Origin: Candidatus Jordarchaeales archaeon
GTDB taxonomy: Archaea > Asgardarchaeota > Jordiarchaeia > Jordiarchaeales > Freyrarchaeaceae
Length of the DNA stretch: 16,784 nt
Direction of reading: 5' to 3'
Assembly (NCBI GenBank): GCA_038858525.1
Contig: JAWCFL010000036.1
Coordinates: 1-16,784 of the forward strand
A program made the position numbers and the translations under genes. Below the pieces are notes generated by a model, which searched no databases, had not been told where the DNA came from, and was given only the letters and a program-made list of their open reading frames with translations. The stretch's first letter is position 1. The number at the start of each line of letters is the position of its first letter. Shown here piece by piece: positions 9,136 to 15,836 of this stretch.

Positions 9136-10083
9136 ATGCGTGTTAAACAGATGAATATTAAGGGTGGCATGAGCGCCCTAGAGATCATAGAAGAGATGGC
9201 GGGGGCAGGGGTTTTTATAGCGGGGCGCCTAGCAAGGGCGGTTCGTGTGCTTTCAGAGATGATTGGTAACGAGGATGTGACTGTGTTTTTCGGAGCGGCG
9301 GGTGCACTAGTTCCTGCTGGACTTGGAAGGATAATAGCTGAAATGATTTATGACGGATTCGTTGATGTTGTCGTAACTACCGGGGCTAATATAACTCATG
9401 ACCTTATAGAGGCGTTTGGTGGAGCGCATGTAAAAGATATTAAAGGAGAGGACGACAAGTTAAGGGAAAAGGGCGTCAACAGAATTTTTGATTCGTATGT
9501 TTCAGATGATGCTTTCGTGGTTTTTGAAAAAAGAATTCAAGAAATATTAATGGACATTCCCGTTGAGAAGAGAGAGAAGGGGATTCCGGTTTACGAGTTG
9601 CTTAGGGAAGTAGGATTACGCGTAAACTATAAGCATTCGTTTGTTAAAGCGGCTGCCGAGACCGGTGTGCCAATTTTTTGTCCTGCAATAACGGATTCAA
9701 TTTTGGGATTGCAAATGTGGCTTTTCTCTCAAAAAAACGCATTGAGGCTAGATGTACTAGAGGACCTTCACAAAATAGTGAGTATGGCTTATGAGTCGAA
9801 AAAAGCTGGAGCATTTATTTTGGGGGGTGGCGTGCCGAAAAACCATATTTTACAAGCCATGCTACTAACAGGTAGGGGGTTTGACTATGCGGTTCAGATA
9901 ACACTTGACAGGCCAGAGTCGGGAGGGCTGAGCGGAGCGACGTTAAGTGAGGCAAAATCTTGGGGGAAAGTCGCGAAGAACGCGGTTACGGTTGATGTAA
10001 TAGCAGACGTAACGATAACATTACCATTAATTTTCTCGGCACTCAAGGAAATTCTAGGAGGGAAAAAGACTACAACGGATTAA
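9136..10083 (+). CDS. dys: Deoxyhypusine synthase
   Basis: GALVPAGL, VTTGANITHD, GVNRIFD, PIFCPAITDS, LGGGVPKNH, GGLSGATLSEAKSWGK (catalytic Lys position intact). Start is ATG 9136 or TTG 9121. Confidence 0.93.
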   Translation: MRVKQMNIKGGMSALEIIEEMAGAGVFIAGRLARAVRVLSEMIGNEDVTVFFGAAGALVPAGLGRIIAEMIYDGFVDVVVTTGANITHDLIEAFGGAHVKDIKGEDDKLREKGVNRIFDSYVSDDAFVVFEKRIQEILMDIPVEKREKGIPVYELLREVGLRVNYKHSFVKAAAETGVPIFCPAITDSILGLQMWLFSQKNALRLDVLEDLHKIVSMAYESKKAGAFILGGGVPKNHILQAMLLTGRGFDYAVQITLDRPESGGLSGATLSEAKSWGKVAKNAVTVDVIADVTITLPLIFSALKEILGGKKTTTD

Positions 10084-10099
10084 GTCTAGGAGGAAAGCG

Positions 10100-11416
10100 T
10101 TATGGAAAATGCCAGGGGTCAAGTAGCTTTATTGGAGGAGCATTTTTTCTGTTAAGGCGACTGTAGGGTCTCGTTAAGTGGCGCTGAGCTCTTGGTGGCG
10201 GAATATATATGGACTCGGTTATTCTACGAGCGAGCTCAACGGTAACTTTTTCTGCAAAAATTTTTTTACCGCATTTCTTACATTTGAATCCCTGCCCTCT
10301 TCCTGCAGATGAAGTTCTTTTACCGCAGTTAGGACAAATAGGGTTATGAAGTTTTAAATTGGGAGCTAGCTTAACTATTTCAATCTTTTCTAAATTAAGA
10401 GTTTTTGGGTGCGATAAGGAAGGCGGGCGGATCCCGCCATAAACACGAACCACGTCTCCTGGAATTAAGTCAGATATAACCCATCTAAAGGAGCCTGCTG
10501 GCTCATATGCAGCGCAATTTATTTCTCCCGTATCGTCACGTATTTTAACGAATACGTGACCGCCTTGAGAGACCACTGGCTTAGATGAAACTACGCCTTC
10601 TATTACTGCTGACATGTAAGGGTGAGCGTTACATATTTTACGCTTAACACGCAAGTGAGCATCCGTTCCTTGATTTGAACGAAAAATAACCCAGCGCTCT
10701 ATTGGCTCATGAACTTTCACCAGCTTATACGCTTTAAGCAGAACCTCAGGAGACTCGCCGCGAACACCATATAGAACAGGGTCCGGGCCGTGCGGTGCTA
10801 TTAGAACTCTGTCATCGTCTATATTGTTGAACGTGTCAGGACTTGTTAATCGGTCCATTTCTTTTACTGATTCGATATCAATCGCTCTTGGTTTCCCCCA
10901 ATTTTCAGGTACTCGGTAAGTAATTAATTCGTAGGTATAGTCGTCCTCTAATGTTTCTCCTATAGCGGCAAGTGCACCTATAATTCCTCTTCCTTCCTTA
11001 AACGTGTGTATTTCGGCACCACATTTTTCAGCAATTCGAAAAGCTTCATTTAAACTGACCATGTCGCACATGGCTTGTTCTGACAGCCTTCTAAGCTCTG
11101 CGGGAATATCACCCAGTAAAAAGGCCACTCCAGGATCTGTTCCGGAAAATGAGAGGTCCGCAAGGCGACTTACCTCCTTTAAAACGAGTTCTTTAATGAC
11201 GTCGACTGCTTTCTTTTCCACCTCGAGCCTTAGGCAAACCGCGCCGTTTCCTCTAGTTTTAAATGGAACGTTTGGATTTAGCCTTATCAGGAGAGGATAA
11301 TCTCTGAATTTAACTTTAAGCTTTGAGAGAAGCTCAACTAACACTGCACAAAGATGAGTTGTGCATCCTCCTCTTGGCGAATCTGTATCGTCAAGTCCTA
11401 TATTAAGGGTAAGCAC
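10100..11416 (-). CDS. tiaS: tRNA(Ile2) 2-agmatinylcytidine synthetase
   Basis: IGLDDTDS...GCTT, RLNPNVPFKTRGNGAV, GRGIIGALAA, PHGPDPVLYGVRG, SNQGTD, OB fold GGHVF...AAYEP, zinc ribbon CPNC...CKKC. Start set at GTG 11416 (GGAGG SD upstream). Confidence 0.95.
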   Translation of the reverse strand: MLTLNIGLDDTDSPRGGCTTHLCAVLVELLSKLKVKFRDYPLLIRLNPNVPFKTRGNGAVCLRLEVEKKAVDVIKELVLKEVSRLADLSFSGTDPGVAFLLGDIPAELRRLSEQAMCDMVSLNEAFRIAEKCGAEIHTFKEGRGIIGALAAIGETLEDDYTYELITYRVPENWGKPRAIDIESVKEMDRLTSPDTFNNIDDDRVLIAPHGPDPVLYGVRGESPEVLLKAYKLVKVHEPIERWVIFRSNQGTDAHLRVKRKICNAHPYMSAVIEGVVSSKPVVSQGGHVFVKIRDDTGEINCAAYEPAGSFRWVISDLIPGDVVRVYGGIRPPSLSHPKTLNLEKIEIVKLAPNLKLHNPICPNCGKRTSSAGRGQGFKCKKCGKKIFAEKVTVELARRITESIYIPPPRAQRHLTRPYSRLNRKNAPPIKLLDPWHFP

Positions 11417-11753
11417 AGTTATTACTCCTCCAAGCATTAAGACCATAGTCGTTATTAATCATTCCACTCAGTCTTTATGAGGACTCGCAAGTAAACATTA
11501 TATCTATAACAACTACAGCCAAAAGTAACTTGTCAAAGTTTCCATAATGAATTAGAGAGGTAACGGATATATTTTCTTTCCTTGGAGAAACTACTTTGAA
11601 CGTGCATCTGTATGGTCTACGTGCGAATTCTCTAAATGTTTTTCATTAAAATAATTAATGAGCCAACTCGTCCATCTGTTTATTTTAAACGCGATTGCCA
11701 CAAAAGAAAAGCAAAAATAAAGAAAGGGGGTTCTTAAAAGAAGAAAGTTAAGT

Positions 11754-11993
11754 TTATGGTTTTCCCTCAGCTACTATGAGGGTTAAGGTCGAAACTACAC
11801 CCTTTATTCGTCTTATTTGCCAGATAACAGTTTCCTTCAGTTTTTCCATAGATTCTGTTTCTACTTTGATCAAGATGTCGTAGACACCATACAGAATATA
11901 TGCTTCAACCACACCCTCTATTTGGGAGACGGCCTTCAAAACGGTTTCTTCATTCGCTGGTTCCGTATTAACAAGCACAAAGGCGGTAGGCAC
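11754..11993 (-). CDS. Stand-alone Lrp/AsnC ligand-binding (RAM) domain protein, no HTH
   Basis: PTAFVLVN...V.EAY.LYG.YDILIKV...IRRI.GV.ST.TLIV. Probable start GTG 11993 after a GGTGA SD; the ORF track gives 12035. Confidence 0.88.
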   Translation of the reverse strand: MPTAFVLVNTEPANEETVLKAVSQIEGVVEAYILYGVYDILIKVETESMEKLKETVIWQIRRIKGVVSTLTLIVAEGKP

Positions 11994-12085
11994 ACTATCA
12001 CCTACACTTACTGCTACTATTTCTTTACTTTTCACGTTCCTTATATAGATGTTTTCGGTATTATCCTCCTGAAGGAGGACTCACT

Positions 12086-12601
12086 TTGAAGGGAAAAAGG
12101 GGACAAAAAATAATAATTTATCATGAGGGAACATGTGACCCTGCCAAATGCACTGCTTTAAAACTCGCCCGCTTGGGAAAAGCAATTATAGTTAGGAGAA
12201 TTACTGATATTCCTTCTAACTTTTTAATTCTGAACCCACTTTCACAGACTGCTTTATCTCTCATGGATAAAGATGTTTTTGAGATGAGAGGACTAATAGC
12301 TGTCGATTGCTCTTGGAACAGGCTAAGTAACGTCTTTCGTAACATAAAGGGGGTGCACAGGGCGTTGCCATATTTAATTGCAGCTAACCCAGTGAACTAT
12401 GGGGTTCCAACTAAGCTTAGCACAGCAGAAGCTATTGGGGCAGCATTATACATACTTGGGTTTAAGGAGGAGGCGAAAGGTATTCTTGAGTGTTTCAAGT
12501 GGGGGCCGCACTTCTTAACGTTAAACTGCGAGCTGCTCGAGGCTTACTTTTCAGCAAGAAATAGTGCTGAGGTTATCAGTATTCAGAAAGAATTTATTTG
12601 A
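12086..12601 (+). CDS. tsr3: rRNA aminocarboxypropyltransferase Tsr3 (DUF367)
   Basis: CDPAKCTALKL, LNP, DCSWN, RALPYLIAANPVNYG.P.KLSTAEA, FKWGPHFL.LN. TTG start with GGAGG SD. Confidence 0.95.
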   Translation: MKGKRGQKIIIYHEGTCDPAKCTALKLARLGKAIIVRRITDIPSNFLILNPLSQTALSLMDKDVFEMRGLIAVDCSWNRLSNVFRNIKGVHRALPYLIAANPVNYGVPTKLSTAEAIGAALYILGFKEEAKGILECFKWGPHFLTLNCELLEAYFSARNSAEVISIQKEFI

Positions 12602-12998
12602 GGCGGCGTGCCAGGAGTAATCCATCTTCTGTTGGGAGACCGTTGTTACCAACGGCCTCTTGGCGGCATTCGGCTATGCGCCCTACCCGCCGCCTCCCGT
12701 GGGCGTCATCGGCAGCCTATTTGGGCTTGCACCCCCGAGGATGGCCGTTTCAACGGTCCCACCTGCATCCTCAGCGGGTTATCTCGGCGCTTGTCGCCAA
12801 GCGCCTTCTCGGGAGCCCCTCAGCCGCTTCATCGTCATCCCGCAAGTGGACGTGTCGTTTGCAGCCTTTTCACCGGTTTCTGCTCCAGAGCCAAGCCTCT
12901 CGGCTTGCGCCTCGCGGCGCTCGGGTCCCACGATGGTGGATGGAATTTCCTCAGCGCTCTATTGGAGCGCCGTGAGCCGCCCTCTGGCTCGCCGCCTC
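12600..12998 (-). ncRNA. rnpB: RNase P RNA, archaeal type A, about 399 nt
   Basis: GC-rich island. On the minus strand: P1 GAGGCGGCGAGCCAG/CUGGCACGCCGCCUC; P2 GGCGGC/GCCGCC; P3 GCGCUC/GAGCGC; P4 GAGGAAAUUCCAUC with AACAGAAGAUGGAUUA; P8 GCGCC-GCGA-GGCGC; P9 AAGCC-GAGA-GGCUU; CR motifs AGCAGAAAC and UGAAACGG; GCAAGCCCAAAUAGG; P6 CGUGGG/CCCACG; L15 GGUA; P19 GAGGCCGUUG-GUAA-CAACGGUCUC. Confidence 0.97.
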
Positions 12999-13020
12999 TT
13001 AATACTGATGGAGAATACTT

Positions 13021-13039
13021 GAAATTAAATTTTTCTTTG
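13021..13039 (-). promoter_or_regulatory. Putative BRE/TATA promoter of rnpB
   Basis: The minus strand reads AAAGAAAAA-TTTAATTT, about 25-30 nt upstream of the P1 5' end. Confidence 0.5.
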
Positions 13040-13471
13040 TCAGGTGATTCGCCTAGCTTTAGGGAAGAAATTTATTAGAGTGCCCTTTTTCGCTAGCCCA
13101 CATCCGATGAAGTCGTTTCTCGACTTGTCTTTCACTATAACGTAGCCTTCAAAGTCCGGAGGAATTGGTATGTTTTCTCCTTTAATCCACCTTTCAGCTA
13201 GTGTGCCATCTATTTCTACTACGTTTTTCTTGGCACTCTCGCCGACCATTTGGGATCCTTCAACAGATAGTCTTATTCCGTCAGGCATTAGTGTTGCAAA
13301 GTAAACGCCTACTGAGAGCACGTTCTGATTATCTATCTTCTTGAGTAAGTCTTCTGAAGCTGCACGTATCCTTCTTTTTCCTGAAAGAAGAAGTCTCACC
13401 CCGTTTATTTTCGGTATACCAAATTGAGCTTGAAGCTGGCGCCATATATTGTCTTCGAAGTTTTCGTCCAA
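13040..13471 (-). CDS. PUA-domain partner of NOL1/NOP2/RsmF methyltransferases (COG3270/Nip7-like)
   Basis: GVYFA...IRLSVEGSQMVG..AKKNVVE...W.KGE...GYVIV...IGCG...INFFPKARR; lies directly downstream of the methyltransferase. Confidence 0.85.
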   Translation of the reverse strand: MDENFEDNIWRQLQAQFGIPKINGVRLLLSGKRRIRAASEDLLKKIDNQNVLSVGVYFATLMPDGIRLSVEGSQMVGESAKKNVVEIDGTLAERWIKGENIPIPPDFEGYVIVKDKSRNDFIGCGLAKKGTLINFFPKARRIT

Positions 13472-13476
13472 ATTAT

Positions 13477-14434
13477 TTACCTCTCCTTTCTTATTCTAGC
13501 TATGAAGAAGGCATCAGTGTAGTTATCATGTGGATATATTCGCATGCAGTACTTTAAATCTGGATGAAATGTTTTTTCTTTGTATTCTGTTAAACCGGGA
13601 TGGAAACGGATGCCTTTGATTTCGAAGTACTCGACGCGAGCCTTTCCTTCCTTTGAGAGAAGATAATTAACGACTGCCTCGTTTTCGAATGGATGGATGC
13701 TGCATGTTGAGTAAACTAAGATTCCGCCTGGTTTTAACATTTTGAATCCGGCGATTAGAAGTCCTCTTTGAAGAACGTGAAGTGACTTGACTCTTTCTTC
13801 CGTAAAGTTGGATGGAAATTTACTTAGAAAGTGTCCTGAGGAGGAGCAGGGGGCGTCGACAAGAACTTTGTCAAAATGGTCTTTGATGATTGATGGAAGT
13901 TTTCGTCCATCAAACATAGTTACCGCGGTGTTTATAACTCCGCAGAGCTGCAAGTTAAAACCTAGGGAGGATATCCTTTTGAGGGAGACGTCGTTGGCTA
14001 TTATGGCACCCTTGTTTTTCATGAGCTGAGCTATTTGCGTCGTCTTTGAGCCTGGAGCTGCGCACATGTCTAAAACGTAATCTTCTGGCTTCGGCTCCAA
14101 AAATAAGGGAGGAATCATGCTTCCTCCTTCTTGAATGTACACGTAACCTAATGCACGTTCATATGCGATGTAAGAAAGAGGGTTTTCTCTAGGCTCGAGC
14201 ACCCTGAAACCGTCATCGAAACCAGCTTAGGGGGGAGAGCTTCACGTTTCTTTCTTCCAATCGCTTTAATACTTCAAGTTTAGGCTTTTTCAAGGTGTTT
14301 AACCTAACAAAGAATTCAGGAAATTTTTCTGTGCAAGCGAAAACCTCGCTGGATTCTTCCCCGAGAAGAGAAACATAAAGCTTAGCGATTTCAGGTGGAA
14401 GCCCACATGCTTGATGAACGTTCAATTCACTCAC
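13477..14434 (-). CDS. RsmB/NOP-family RNA m5C methyltransferase, split by a +1 frameshift near 14216-14226 (about 318 aa if joined)
   Basis: The 14213-14434 ORF carries the N-terminal VRLNTLK motif. The 13477-14220 frame carries YIQE..SM.PP, VLDMCAAPGSKT, AND, motif IV DAPCSSSG, motif VI YSTCS..P.ENE, and RIYPH...DAFFIA. Both catalytic cysteines are intact. Confidence 0.88.
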
Positions 14435-14443
14435 CCTCTCTGC

Positions 14444-14656
14444 TTAAAGTCCTAGAGAAACTAGGAAAATGTATATTCCGAAGCCGAGACAGGCTGATGC
14501 TATGATGGCTGACATTAAGAGCTTTTTGAAACCTTGTTCTGGGTCTCTTAGAGCGAGTAGAAACCATGCCACAGTAATAAGTCCGATCAGGATTAATACG
14601 TATCCAACCCACACTGGGATATTCCATGGTGCGATGAACAATTTCAGCACCCCCAC
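14444..14656 (-). CDS. Small two-TM membrane protein, 70 aa
   Basis: Two hydrophobic segments linked by LRDPEQGFKK. It sits co-directionally with 8-9 nt gaps on both sides. Confidence 0.75.
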   Translation of the reverse strand: MGVLKLFIAPWNIPVWVGYVLILIGLITVAWFLLALRDPEQGFKKLLMSAIIASACLGFGIYIFLVSLGL

Positions 14657-14664
14657 TATTTAGC

Positions 14665-15360
14665 TTAGATGGATTTTATTTTTCCTTTTCGCGCTAAAAT
14701 GCTTTGAACAAGCATTGATGCGCCCAGGATGGCTGTTGTGCTCGGTAGCACGTTGACGAGGCTTAGAGATAGAATGGCGCCACCTAAGGTTAAGGACAGC
14801 TTAGACCCTTTACTTTCACCCTTGTTTAAAATGTTTCTTCTGGTGTTTAGCACGTATAGTTCTATTTCTTTCATGTTGAGGCGACGGGAAAGCGATTTGA
14901 CTAATTTGTTTTTCTTCCATTTCATTGAGGCTACCGTCATGTGACGCTTAGCTAGGTTATATAGTTGAACCCGTGTAAGTTGGTAAAGCATCTGCTCCTT
15001 TATGCTGAAGGTTTTTGTTATTGGCCTTCCTTCAAGAAGCGCTGAACATGAAAGATAGAGCGTCAGGAGCGCTATCGTGAAGCTTGGAACCGCAACTATT
15101 ATAACGCCCCAAATAACCAGTATTCCAATAGCGATAATTAGGACGGCTACACCATAGAAGAGCAAGTCAACGAACGCGAAGGAGCAAGCTTTTCTAAGGA
15201 CGTAACTTAGCCCTACAAGTGATATTGTCGCCCCAATAGCCATTGTCAGTAAAGATTCATAGGAGACGAAAAAACCAGTAGTTTGCACAAGTAAGCCAAC
15301 TAGCAGAAAAGCCCACATCTGCTTTAGCGGCGTAATTTTTCCATCGATTTTTCCCCACAT
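14665..15360 (-). CDS. Hypothetical multi-pass membrane protein with a basic soluble loop
   Basis: About 4 N-terminal TM segments, a Lys/Arg-rich helical loop (about aa 111-187) and C-terminal hydrophobic segments. GGAGG SD upstream of the ATG. Confidence 0.75.
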   Translation of the reverse strand: MWGKIDGKITPLKQMWAFLLVGLLVQTTGFFVSYESLLTMAIGATISLVGLSYVLRKACSFAFVDLLFYGVAVLIIAIGILVIWGVIIVAVPSFTIALLTLYLSCSALLEGRPITKTFSIKEQMLYQLTRVQLYNLAKRHMTVASMKWKKNKLVKSLSRRLNMKEIELYVLNTRRNILNKGESKGSKLSLTLGGAILSLSLVNVLPSTTAILGASMLVQSILARKGKIKSI

Positions 15361-15836
15361 TCCTCCAACCCCAAATTAAACAATTTTTCCGTTCAAGCAA
15401 CCAATGAGGAAGCATGAGAAACTAAAAAAAGGTTTCCTGCCAGCTTATTCAAAAGAGCTTATACTAAACAACCCCAGCTATTTTAAGATGGAATAAAACG
15501 ACGCATATAAAGGTTTTCATGAGTAAACCACTAAATTCGCCTTAGCCAAAAGAAAGTTGCATATCAATATTTTGAGCCAAGAGCTTGCATGCCATTTTAT
15601 CTCCTTTAATGCAGCTTTTATTTTGCCAGAACTGTTCAGGTGTGTCAAAAAGGGGCCTTAGATTTTTGACGGTTAAAACCAGAATAAGGATTGGTTTTGC
15701 TGTTCCTGAAGGACATTAAAAGAGATAAAAATAAAAGAGTGAAGCAAAAAGCCGGCTATCTTGCAAAGGTTGGTTTTAAGCATTACGAAGTTTAGATACG
15801 TAAAGTTCAAATAAATCAAAGGCCAAAGGAGTAATT

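Noticed and set aside
2772-11300. Remaining short antisense or alternate-frame ORFs over phoU, fwdA, fwdC, the oxidoreductase and tiaS
   Set aside because: Each overlaps a well-supported gene and has no motifs of its own.
11447-11753. Long AT-rich intergenic region as a hidden gene or ncRNA
   Set aside because: Only ORFs under about 25 codons were seen on the - strand, with no stable GC-rich structure or complete box motifs. It is most simply promoter and terminator sequence.
12598-13078. Three overlapping + strand ORFs (125, 156 and 120 aa)
   Set aside because: They are artefacts of the GC-rich RNase P RNA gene on the - strand. Their Arg/Pro/Ser/Ala-rich composition is unlike the rest of the window.
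14213-14215. Selenocysteine or stop readthrough at the methyltransferase UGA
   Set aside because: The same frame hits UAG eight codons later, and the catalytic domain is in a different frame.
14230-14235. G6 homopolymer as the source of the frameshift
   Set aside because: Removing one base there creates an immediate in-frame UAA, so the break must lie further downstream.
15361-15830. 17-18 aa - strand micro-ORFs (one with a GGAG SD) and a short AAAACCA/TGGTTTT hairpin
   Set aside because: Too short and featureless to distinguish from chance in AT-rich DNA.
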